Source of the DNA: a virus
Taxonomy: Duplodnaviria; Heunggongvirae; Uroviricota; Caudoviricetes
IMG/VR virus record: IMGVR_UViG_2529293215_000019
Strand: one strand, 5' to 3'
Length of the DNA stretch: 29,656 nucleotides
How positions within the stretch are numbered: position 1 is the stretch's first letter; each line of letters starts with the position of its first letter. Under the pieces are notes generated by a model that was not told the DNA's origin, did not search any database, and was given only the letters and a program-made list of their open reading frames with translations. Both the position numbers and the translations under genes were made by a program. Of this stretch, positions 1 to 8,017 are shown piece after piece.

Positions 1-996
1 TTATGGACGCATTATGGACATTCCTGACACCGGGTTAAGAGTCACAGCATCTTGTAAGAAATCCGGTGCAAAGTGTGCGTAGGTCATAGTTTGCTGAATG
101 TTAGAATGACCCAGGATGCGCTGCAATGTGATTATGTTACCTCCATTCATTATAAAATGTGTGGCAAATGTATGCCTCAAAACATGCACTGCCTGTCCGT
201 CAGGTAAATCGGGTTTTACTTCCCTGAGAGCGTTGCGCACTTTGTAGTAACTGGCATTAAAAAGCCTGCCTGAATTTTTGGTCTTGATCCGTTTAATCAG
301 GTCCTGCGAAACGGGAATTGTCCTGCGCTTTCCGTTTTTAGTTTTCATAAACGTAACCATCTGGTTAATGATGTGTTCAGCTTTCAAATTAGACACTTCA
401 CTCCAGCGTCCACCAGTAGAAAGGCAGACCAGAGTTGCATTTAACTCATCACCATCAAGCATGGATAACAGCCGCGTAATCTCTTCACTGGACAAAAAAG
501 CCATTTCCGTAACAGCTTCACGTAACCGCTTAACCTCACGGAACGGGTTGTGAGAGTGGTATTCACCGGCGTCAATTAACTTGGTGAACATCCCGCTCAT
601 TATTGCCAGATGCCGATTTACGCTGGCTGGTTTTAGGCCATCGTTCATCATTACAACGCGATAATCAGTTATCGTTTTCTTTGTTAGCTGGTCCGCCCTG
701 GACACTCCCATCTCGGCAAATTTGGCGATTATTGTCGTCAAACGCCCTCGTTCAATATCTCCACGCTCATGTGATTTTCCGTGATATATCCACCATCTGC
801 CTAACAACTCTGTAAGAGTTCGGCGGTCGGCCGGCTTCTCCAACCACTCTTTGTTGTGGTAGTTAACCAGGACATGACGTTCGAATGCTTGAGCTTCACC
901 TTTAGTTTTAAATTTCCGCCTGATACGTTTTCCATCTGCACCCTGCGGTCTGACGTCCACTTCATAACGACCATCATCGAGCTTTTTAATAGACAT
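1..996 (-). CDS. int: tyrosine site-specific integrase (P2 Int-like)
   Basis: 331-aa ORF; ATG at 994-996 (minus) preceded by GGAGGG; C-terminal HVLRHTFATH and MTYAHF segments fit the tyrosine-recombinase catalytic region; first gene of a P2-order prophage arm. Stop codon is at window positions 1-3, so attL lies outside the window. Confidence 0.9.
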   Translation of the reverse strand: MSIKKLDDGRYEVDVRPQGADGKRIRRKFKTKGEAQAFERHVLVNYHNKEWLEKPADRRTLTELLGRWWIYHGKSHERGDIERGRLTTIIAKFAEMGVSRADQLTKKTITDYRVVMMNDGLKPASVNRHLAIMSGMFTKLIDAGEYHSHNPFREVKRLREAVTEMAFLSSEEITRLLSMLDGDELNATLVCLSTGGRWSEVSNLKAEHIINQMVTFMKTKNGKRRTIPVSQDLIKRIKTKNSGRLFNASYYKVRNALREVKPDLPDGQAVHVLRHTFATHFIMNGGNIITLQRILGHSNIQQTMTYAHFAPDFLQDAVTLNPVSGMSIMRP

Positions 997-1089
997 AAAG
1001 CCCTCCGATGACGCTGTTTACTTCTACTACTTGAAAATTAATGCAATTTTCTTTCGTACATTTACTGCACACATATGCTGAATAAATCG

Positions 1090-1401
1090 TCAGCCAGTCT
1101 TTTGGTCTGAGTGGTGCAAGGTTGTTGAGTCTTGCCCAATGTGCGCGAGCGCCGGGGCTATTTGTCCGCCAGCGGGATCAGTTTCATCAAACATGAACCA
1201 GTCACGGTACTTGCGAAATCTTTCTGGCTTGAAAAATTTCATACCTGCGTCAAAAGACATCTTTACTTTTCCCTGCTCATATCCAGCATAGGTGTTGTAG
1301 TTAATTCCAGTTAATTCAGCAACTTGCTTCCTTGTCATTCTTTCTGATTCCCGAATAAGTGCGAGTTTCTCTGCTTGAGATGTGATTTGTGTATTTGACA
1401 T
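1090..1401 (-). CDS. C: immunity repressor (P2 C-like, XRE-type helix-turn-helix)
   Basis: First ATG of the ORF is at 1401 (the track start at 1449 is TTG), giving 103 aa; HTH-like segment MTRKQVAELTGINYNTYAGYEQGK; located between int and a divergent cox-like gene as in P2. Length differs from the 99 aa I recall for P2 C. Confidence 0.7.
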   Translation of the reverse strand: MSNTQITSQAEKLALIRESERMTRKQVAELTGINYNTYAGYEQGKVKMSFDAGMKFFKPERFRKYRDWFMFDETDPAGGQIAPALAHIGQDSTTLHHSDQKTG

Positions 1402-1505
1402 GAATTGTCGTATCTCGTAATTTATGTTGTATGCGACACGCCAGAACAACGCAGAGCGGCTTCAAATAGCTCTGATTGAATGGCACCAAAGTTGAGGATA
1501 TCAAA
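1402..1505. promoter_or_regulatory. lysis-lysogeny switch region between divergent C and cox (expected Pc/Pe promoters and operators)
   Basis: 104-bp AT-rich spacer between divergently oriented repressor and cox-like genes; TTGACA at 1395-1400 (plus) overlaps the C start codon and could be the -35 of the early rightward promoter. Individual operators not resolved by eye. Confidence 0.45.
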
Positions 1506-1862
1506 ATGAGTATTGGATCAGAAATGAATAACGATGTTGGAGAAAAAGTATCTGATCTCACAAAAAGTAAAAAATGTGACATCAAACTTGCAGCCGCACC
1601 GTCGGATTTGCTCTCGAAAGAGGGTTTTGCTCTTTACATCGGTAAGACGCCTCGTGCTGTTGCTGAAATGGCGAAAGCAGGCAAGTTACCAGCCTTTTAT
1701 ATGACGGACCCATTAAAGCCGGGCGGTCATGCTGAGTTATGGATTAATCGTCGTGAGTGGGACAAGTACGCAGCCCAGCTAGTTGATGAAGCTCCGACAG
1801 AATGGCATGACTGGAAAAATCGCATTAGTTACAGCAAATCAAGACATGGCCGTGCGGCTTAA
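1506..1862 (+). CDS. cox: Cox-like excisionase / early transcriptional regulator
   Basis: First in-frame ATG at 1506 preceded by GAGGA; HTH-like FALYIGKTPRAVAEMAKAGKLP as in Cox/Apl proteins; first gene of the early rightward operon. 118 aa, longer than the 91 aa I recall for P2 Cox, so the start could be further downstream. Confidence 0.6.
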   Translation: MSIGSEMNNDVGEKVSDLTKSKKCDIKLAAAPSDLLSKEGFALYIGKTPRAVAEMAKAGKLPAFYMTDPLKPGGHAELWINRREWDKYAAQLVDEAPTEWHDWKNRISYSKSRHGRAA

Positions 1863-1872
1863 GGTGGAAAGG

Positions 1873-2043
1873 ATGAACGAGCCTCGTTGTATTGCTCAGT
1901 TATTGCGTAACGAAAGCCCCAGGGCGATTGACTTCACCATCACCCACGGGAAGGGGCGCAAGGGAATCATTATCCGTACCAAAAAACAGAGTCCGTTAAA
2001 AAAGGCTCTGACCTTTCTGAAAAGCCGGAGGGTCTGGAAATGA
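1873..2043 (+). CDS. hypothetical early protein (P2 orf78 position and size)
   Basis: 56-aa ORF with ATG at 1873 preceded by GGTGGAAAGG; stop overlaps the start of the next gene (ATGA). Confidence 0.5.
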   Translation: MNEPRCIAQLLRNESPRAIDFTITHGKGRKGIIIRTKKQSPLKKALTFLKSRRVWK

Positions 2044-2540
2044 CAGTGATGACGCTTAATCTCGTCGAAAAACAGCCAGCAGCTATGCGCCGGATAATTG
2101 GTAAGCATCTTGCCGTCCCTCGCTGGCAGGAGACATGCGATTATTATAATCAGATGATGGAACGCGAACGGCTAACGGTTTGCTTCCATGCGCAGTTAAA
2201 ACAGCGTCACGCAACGATGCGTTTTGAAGAAATGAATGATGTCGAACGTGAACGACTGGTATGTGCAATTGATGAATTGCGTGGGGCATTCTCAAAACGC
2301 CGTCAGGTTGGCGCAAGTGAGTATGCATATATTAGTTTTTTAACAGTCAGTCAGCGTCGTACTTTATTTATGCATGCCGGATTGACTGAAAAAGAATTCA
2401 ACCAGCCATACTGGCGAATTAATGAAGAATCATGTTACTGGCGTGATGCTTTATTCCGTGCATTACGTGAATTATTCAGCCTGTTTGAGTATGCACCGAC
2501 AATTCTGACGTCGGTAAAACCAGAGCAATATCTGCATTAA
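2040..2540 (+). CDS. B: replication protein B-like (helicase-loader function in P2)
   Basis: 166-aa ORF, same length and map position as P2 gene B; ATG at 2040 overlaps the upstream stop. Confidence 0.7.
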   Translation: MTVMTLNLVEKQPAAMRRIIGKHLAVPRWQETCDYYNQMMERERLTVCFHAQLKQRHATMRFEEMNDVERERLVCAIDELRGAFSKRRQVGASEYAYISFLTVSQRRTLFMHAGLTEKEFNQPYWRINEESCYWRDALFRALRELFSLFEYAPTILTSVKPEQYLH

Positions 2541-2603
2541 GTAATTAACCAGAGTTTTTAACGCACTTAATTGTGCGGGGCTTCTTTTTGCCTGGAGAAA
2601 GTC

Positions 2604-2828
2604 ATGCATACAGTTTCTGAAAATCAGTGCGGTAAATACGCATTACTGCTGCAACAGGCCAGAACCGAAGCACAGGCCGACGCAGCGACGCGCTTTTCTT
2701 CTCATCTTGACGCCATGATTCGCCACATCACAAAGGCGGAGTTATCCCGCGTGGAGATAGTCGAGCTGCTCAGTCAGGAGTCGGAAAAATTTCACAATAT
2801 CGGATTGTCTCGCGGGGAGGTGCTTTGA
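2604..2828 (+). CDS. hypothetical early protein (P2 orf80 position)
   Basis: 74-aa ORF; ATG at 2604 preceded by GGAGAAA; stop overlaps next start (TGATG). Confidence 0.5.
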   Translation: MHTVSENQCGKYALLLQQARTEAQADAATRFSSHLDAMIRHITKAELSRVEIVELLSQESEKFHNIGLSRGEVL

Positions 2829-3130
2829 TGTCCTGTTCTCGTTCAGTTGTATTACTGAATAACGCCTTAAAAATCGCCGTTATGAAAAATGGCGATTTAT
2901 CTCTTATTCAACTTGGTCTTGATAAAGAAAAACGCGAAATAACTGAGTCAGTTATCGCGATTTATCAGAACGAATTAAATCTCCTGTCTGATGTGGTCAA
3001 TTTACTTGTTAAACGCGCTGTATTTCACAAGCAAATCTCCTCCGTGGATGAACTGACGAAATTAACGACAGAACTCGCCAGCTATTGCGCTGATGAATTT
3101 AAGAAACTGAACGACAAAAGGAACTGGTAA
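2828..3130 (+). CDS. hypothetical early protein (P2 orf81 position)
   Basis: 100-aa ORF translationally coupled to neighbours (TGATG upstream, TAATG downstream). Confidence 0.5.
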   Translation: MSCSRSVVLLNNALKIAVMKNGDLSLIQLGLDKEKREITESVIAIYQNELNLLSDVVNLLVKRAVFHKQISSVDELTKLTTELASYCADEFKKLNDKRNW

Positions 3131-3354
3131 TGCAGGACAACGTAGATTTCATTCAGGAACAACAGGCTGAATTACTGGAGCGCCAGATTAACGCGGCAAG
3201 GGTAAAACATTGCGGTGCTTCTGCGCTGGTTTGCGAAGAGTGTGATGCGCCAATACCTGCTGCCCGTCGTGCGGCTTATCCGTCAGCCACGCGTTGTGTT
3301 TCCTGCCAGTCAGTCTTTGAAGCAAAAAACAAGCATTACCGGAGAATGGCATGA
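3130..3354 (+). CDS. TraR/DksA-family C4 zinc-finger protein (P2 orf82 position)
   Basis: 74 aa; CxxC...CxxC arrangement (CEECDAPIPAARRAAYPSATRCVSCQ) typical of phage TraR/DksA-like zinc fingers; ATG at 3130 overlaps upstream stop. Confidence 0.7.
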   Translation: MQDNVDFIQEQQAELLERQINAARVKHCGASALVCEECDAPIPAARRAAYPSATRCVSCQSVFEAKNKHYRRMA

Positions 3355-3626
3355 GTATTCGTATCGAAATTGGCGAACGTTATGTCGTTACCAGTGACAG
3401 CTTTCAGTTTATTCTCCACGAGAAAAAGAGAGCGGAAAGCGGTAAAAACGCCGGCCAGGAATGGCTGGCGGTGGTTGGTTATTACCCGAAATTAAGCCAG
3501 CTCGTTTCCGGCCTGATGCATCACGATATTCTTACCGGAAGCGCAAAGTCTTTTGCTGATTTAAACGCGCAGGTTGAGCAACTCAGCAAGCGTTGTTCAG
3601 AGGCTTTTGGCTCATATGGCCGTTAA
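3351..3626 (+). CDS. hypothetical early protein (P2 orf83 position)
   Basis: 91-aa ORF; ATG at 3351 overlaps upstream stop (ATGA); 3' end overlaps the first ATG of gene A by 11 nt. Confidence 0.5.
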   Translation: MSIRIEIGERYVVTSDSFQFILHEKKRAESGKNAGQEWLAVVGYYPKLSQLVSGLMHHDILTGSAKSFADLNAQVEQLSKRCSEAFGSYGR

Positions 3627-5898
3627 AGCCTCCGGGCGTTTTGTCCCTCCGTCAGCATTTGCCGCAGGCACCGGTAAGACGTTTACCGGTGCTTATGCAT
3701 GGAACGCGCCACGCGAGGCCGTCGGGCGCGAAAGACCCCTTACACGTGACGAGATGCGTCAGGTGCAAGGTGTTTTATCCACGATTAACCGCCTGCCTTA
3801 CTTTTTGCGCTCGCTGTTTACTTCACGCTATGAATACATCCGGCGCAATAAAAGCCCGGTGCACGGGTTTTATTTCCTCACATCCACTTTTCAGCGTCGT
3901 TTATGGCCGCGCATTGAGCGTGTGAATCAGCGCCATGAAATGAACACCGACGCGTCGTTGCTGTTTCTGGCAGAGCGTGACCACTATGCGCGCCTGCCGG
4001 GAATGAATGACAAGGAGCTGAAAAAGTTTGCCGCCCGTATCTCATCGCAGCTTTTCATGATGTATGAGGAACTCAGCGATGCCTGGGTGGATGCACATGG
4101 CGAAAAAGAATCGCTGTTTACGGATGAGGCGCAGGCTCACCTCTATGGTCATGTTGCTGGCGCTGCACGTGCTTTCAATATTTCCCCGCTTTACTGGAAA
4201 AAATACCGTAAAGGACAGATGACCACGAGGCAGGCATATTCTGCCATTGCCCGTCTGTTTAACGATGAGTGGTGGACTCATCAGCTCAAAGGCCAGCGTA
4301 TGCGCTGGCATGAGGCGTTACTGATTGCTGTCGGGGAGGTCAATAAAGACCGTTCTCCTTATGCCAGTAAACATGCCATTCGTGATGTGCGTGCACGCCG
4401 CCAGGCAAATCTGGAATTTCTTAAATCGTGTGACCTTGAAAACAGGGAAACCGGCGAGCGCATCGACCTTATCAGTAAGGTGATAGGCAGTATTTCTAAT
4501 CCTGAAATTCGCCGGATGGAGCTGATGAACACCATTGCCGGTATTGAGCGTTACGCCGCAGCAGAGGGTGATGTGGGGATGTTTATCACGCTGACCGCGC
4601 CGTCAAAGTATCACCCGACACGTCAGGTCGGAAAAGGCGAAAGTAAAACCGTCCAGCTAAATCACGGCTGGAACGATGAGGCATTTAATCCAAAGGATGC
4701 GCAGCGATATCTCTGCCATATCTGGAGCCTGATGCGCACGGCATTCAAGGATAATGATTTACAGGTCTACGGTTTGCGTGTCGTCGAGCCACACCACGAC
4801 GGAACGCCGCACTGGCATATGATGCTTTTTTGTAATCCACGCCAGCGTAACCAGATTATCGAAATCATGCGTCGCTATGCGCTCAAAGAGGATGGCGACG
4901 AAAGAGGAGCCGCGCGAAACCGTTTTCAGGCAAAACACCTTAACCGGGGCGGTGCTGCGGGATATATCGCGAAATACATTTCAAAAAATATCGACGGCTA
5001 TGCACTGGATGGTCAGCTCGATAACGATACCGGTAAGCCGCTTAAAGATACTGCCGCGGCTGTTACCGCATGGGCGTCAACGTGGCGCATCCCGCAATTT
5101 AAAACGGTTGGACTGCCGACAATGGGGGCTTACCGTGAACTACGCAAATTGCCTCGCGGCGTCAGCATTGCTGATGAGTTTGACGAGCGCGTCGAGGCTG
5201 CACGCGCCGCTGCAGACAGTGGTGATTTTGCGTTGTATATCAGCGCGCAGGGCGGGGCAAATGTCCCGCGCGATTGCCAGACTGTCAGGGTCGCCCGTAG
5301 CCCGTCGGATGACGTTAACGAGTACGAGGAAGAAGTCGAGAGAGTGGTCGGCATTTACGCGCCGCATCTCGGCGCGCGTCATATTCATATCACCAGAACG
5401 ACGGACTGGCGCATTGTGCCGAAAGTTCCGGTCGTTGAGCCTTTGACTTTAAAAAGCGGCATCGCCGCGCCTCGGAGTCCTGTCAATAACTGTGGAAAGC
5501 TCATCGGTGGTGATACTTCGTTACCGGCTCCCACGCCTTCTGAGCACGCCGCAGCAGTGCTTAATCTGGTTGATGACGGTGTTATCGAATGGAATGACCC
5601 GGAGGTCGTGAGGGCGCTCAGGGGCGCATTAAAACACGGCCTGAGAAGACCAAACCGTCAGCAAAGAAACGGAAGCCCGTTAAAACCGCATGAAATAGCG
5701 CCATCGGCCAGACTGACCCGGTCGGAAAGAATGCAAATTACCCGTATCCGCGTTGACCTTGCTCAGAACGGTATCAGGCCGCAGCGATGGGAGCTTGAGG
5801 CGCTGGCGCGTGGTGCGACCGTAGATTACAACGGGAAAAAATTTACGTATCCGGTCGCTGATGAGTGGAGTTGGTTTTATTGTTATTCAGAGCAATAA
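3616..5898 (+). CDS. A: rolling-circle replication initiation endonuclease (P2 gpA-like)
   Basis: ORF of about 760 aa from the first ATG (3616; the track start at 3574 is TTG); contains a paired-tyrosine segment AGYIAKYISKNIDGY typical of rolling-circle initiators; position and size match P2 gene A. Confidence 0.88.
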   Translation: MAVKASGRFVPPSAFAAGTGKTFTGAYAWNAPREAVGRERPLTRDEMRQVQGVLSTINRLPYFLRSLFTSRYEYIRRNKSPVHGFYFLTSTFQRRLWPRIERVNQRHEMNTDASLLFLAERDHYARLPGMNDKELKKFAARISSQLFMMYEELSDAWVDAHGEKESLFTDEAQAHLYGHVAGAARAFNISPLYWKKYRKGQMTTRQAYSAIARLFNDEWWTHQLKGQRMRWHEALLIAVGEVNKDRSPYASKHAIRDVRARRQANLEFLKSCDLENRETGERIDLISKVIGSISNPEIRRMELMNTIAGIERYAAAEGDVGMFITLTAPSKYHPTRQVGKGESKTVQLNHGWNDEAFNPKDAQRYLCHIWSLMRTAFKDNDLQVYGLRVVEPHHDGTPHWHMMLFCNPRQRNQIIEIMRRYALKEDGDERGAARNRFQAKHLNRGGAAGYIAKYISKNIDGYALDGQLDNDTGKPLKDTAAAVTAWASTWRIPQFKTVGLPTMGAYRELRKLPRGVSIADEFDERVEAARAAADSGDFALYISAQGGANVPRDCQTVRVARSPSDDVNEYEEEVERVVGIYAPHLGARHIHITRTTDWRIVPKVPVVEPLTLKSGIAAPRSPVNNCGKLIGGDTSLPAPTPSEHAAAVLNLVDDGVIEWNDPEVVRALRGALKHGLRRPNRQQRNGSPLKPHEIAPSARLTRSERMQITRIRVDLAQNGIRPQRWELEALARGATVDYNGKKFTYPVADEWSWFYCYSEQ

Positions 5899-5970
5899 AC
5901 ATCTGATTTAATTTGTTGCATAATAGTAAAATTGCTGTTTATCTGCATGTGGTAACTATTGATAATTATG

Positions 5971-5998
5971 TTGCTAATAATGTGTGCAAATTTATACT
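5971..5998 (+). promoter_or_regulatory. candidate sigma70 promoter for the cargo gene
   Basis: TTGCTA (5971-5976), 16-bp spacer, TATACT (5993-5998), in a very AT-rich 116-bp leader; followed by AAGGTGA SD and ATG at 6015. Confidence 0.5.
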
Positions 5999-6014
5999 GA
6001 AAAAGGTGAAAACG

Positions 6015-7847
6015 ATGAATGATATCTTTGTTCTTACAAGGGAAGAGCTTGAAACACTAGATTATAGTGTTTTTATGCATATACCAGTTACATTTCATGC
6101 ACATAAAATAAAAAAATATCTGGATGGGATTGCTGAATCATCAGAAAACCCCAAAGAGAAAAAATTAGCATCTCTTTTTGGTATGCTATATAGTTTCAAT
6201 TTGCAAGTTGTTAACAACACTCCATCATTTGAACCCCAAATGATTTGGGGTAATAAAAGATCAATATTGCCTGAAGATTTTGATGAGCAGGTGAATGACT
6301 GTCTTTTATATGTTTCTCAAAAAATAACCAATCCATTTTTGTTATCAAGAATATATGATGTTGTTTGGTGTAATAATCGGAAAAATAAAGACGTGGCAAT
6401 TAAAGCAATTGATTCCTATGCTGAAATGCTAAATATAGCAATTGAAAGACTAATAATAAAAAACGAAAGCATGGATGAAAGTGATTTAAATTGCTTTATT
6501 TTTGCTCGTGATTATATTGCTAGGGCTTTGCACATTAATAAAATGGTCTACCCTAGAAAATCAGAAGGAAACATGGCGATTAAAAATGCCATTCATTCTC
6601 TTTATAGTATTCAAAATGAAAGATTAATCTTTGAAGGTTTCAATAATTTGACTTGGTTTATGGTGCGTGATTTTGATGGGTATAATCTGCAGTATGCGGA
6701 AAATGCTGAGAAGATGGCTGAGCAGCATAAAGATAAAAAATATTATGATGCTGTAAAATCACTTTATATGACAAGTGCAGTTATTTATGAAAAAAATGGT
6801 GAGTATGAACGTGCCAAGAGATGTAAACTGGCATCTGCAAATATTACTATTAAAGTTGCAACAGATCGACCTGATAATATGGGTAAGATCTCTTGGTTAA
6901 GAACAGCTATCTCTGAATTAAGACAGTACGGTGGTGATAGCCAACAGATAGAAGATTTAAAGGAACAACTTGCTAATTTGAGAGAAGAAGTAAGGAGTGA
7001 ATATGTCACTTTAAGCCATTCTATTGATATTAGTGACTTGGTTGCTGAAAGTGAAAAAAAACTGACGGGGCGTTCTTTGCCCGATATATTCAAAGTTTTA
7101 ATGCGTGAAACACCGATTGAAAATATTGAAAGCATGAGGGAGCAAGTTTTAAGATTATCAGAAAAAAGTTTATTCTCTAGTTTTGTTGGAACAGAAATTA
7201 ATGATGAGAGTGGGCGTAAGGTATATACAATCCCGCCGTTGGATAATAAAAAAGATATGAGTGATGATGTTGTTATTGATCAATATCTAAGAAATTTCGA
7301 GATTACTCATAAGATTTTTGTAAACGGTGTCTTTGAACCTGCTCGCTATGTACTTTCTCAAGAACATGGCTTGACGTTGTCAACATTCGTTAAATTAGTT
7401 ACAACTAGTCCAATTGTCAAGCCGGAGTTTAGGGAGATTTTTAATTTGGGCTTTTACAAATTATGGCAGGGAGATTACATCAGTGCAGCTTATCTTTTAA
7501 TACCACAAATGGAAGGTATGGTTCGTTATTATTATGAGCTTAGTGGAAAGGATGCTACTAGATATTTGGATAAGGGATTAGAGGAGTCAACAAGTATTTC
7601 TCAGCTTCTAGATAAATGCAGAGATGATTTGGAAAGTATCTTTTCTAAGAATCTTGTTTTAACTATCGATGTTCTTTTTAATAGAAAGAGTGGGGCAACC
7701 TTAAGACATAAATTAGCACATGGTAATTTATATACTAATGCTTGTTACGATGAAACAACGACATATGCATGCATCCTGATTTTCTTTCTGTGTGCTTATC
7801 CTCTCCTACCATATTTTGATACTGTATTTGAACAGGGCTCTGTTTGA
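6015..7847 (+). CDS. hypothetical 610-aa protein in the A-cos variable locus; candidate anti-phage defence / abortive-infection protein with C-terminal HEPN-like R-x4-H motif
   Basis: Long uninterrupted ORF; first ATG at 6015 with AAGGTGA SD (track start at 5913 is TTG); markedly AT-rich by eye versus GC-rich flanking phage genes; occupies the P2 tin/old position; RHKLAHG motif at 7704-7724. No family recognised from sequence alone. Confidence 0.8.
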   Translation: MNDIFVLTREELETLDYSVFMHIPVTFHAHKIKKYLDGIAESSENPKEKKLASLFGMLYSFNLQVVNNTPSFEPQMIWGNKRSILPEDFDEQVNDCLLYVSQKITNPFLLSRIYDVVWCNNRKNKDVAIKAIDSYAEMLNIAIERLIIKNESMDESDLNCFIFARDYIARALHINKMVYPRKSEGNMAIKNAIHSLYSIQNERLIFEGFNNLTWFMVRDFDGYNLQYAENAEKMAEQHKDKKYYDAVKSLYMTSAVIYEKNGEYERAKRCKLASANITIKVATDRPDNMGKISWLRTAISELRQYGGDSQQIEDLKEQLANLREEVRSEYVTLSHSIDISDLVAESEKKLTGRSLPDIFKVLMRETPIENIESMREQVLRLSEKSLFSSFVGTEINDESGRKVYTIPPLDNKKDMSDDVVIDQYLRNFEITHKIFVNGVFEPARYVLSQEHGLTLSTFVKLVTTSPIVKPEFREIFNLGFYKLWQGDYISAAYLLIPQMEGMVRYYYELSGKDATRYLDKGLEESTSISQLLDKCRDDLESIFSKNLVLTIDVLFNRKSGATLRHKLAHGNLYTNACYDETTTYACILIFFLCAYPLLPYFDTVFEQGSV

Positions 7848-7874
7848 TAACGTATACGTTGAGGCATAAAACCT

Positions 7875-7921
7875 ATGCATACTTAGCTGCATCAATTTGC
7901 ACGAGGTATTTCAGTATGCAT
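7875..7921 (+). terminator. candidate stem-loop downstream of the cargo gene
   Basis: 9-bp inverted repeat ATGCATACT (7875-7883) / AGTATGCAT (7913-7921) followed by TTTTCTG; the loop is long (29 nt), so terminator function is uncertain. Confidence 0.3.
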
Positions 7922-7998
7922 TTTCTGCGTAATAGTAGGGATTGCTTGGTTTGGTAGTTGTAATTCAACTGCATTCAAACCGACCCATGAAGCGGGCG

Positions 7999-8017
7999 GG
8001 CGAGGCGGGGAAAGCAC
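7999..8017. other. cos site (19-nt cohesive-end sequence of P2-type phages)
   Basis: GGCGAGGCGGGGAAAGCAC matches the P2 cohesive-end sequence as I recall it; lies between the end of the early/accessory region and portal gene Q, as expected. Confidence 0.7.

Noticed and set aside
4877-5446. 189-aa plus-strand ORF in an alternative frame inside gene A
   Set aside because: Nested, off-frame and Arg-rich; no evidence of a second product at this position in P2 gene A.
6785-7135. 116-aa minus-strand ORF inside the cargo gene
   Set aside because: AT-rich DNA yields long antisense frames only rarely, so I looked, but it has no SD, is fully nested antisense to the long sense ORF, and has a Ser/Leu-rich low-complexity translation; a possible antisense or antitoxin role cannot be fully excluded but is unsupported.
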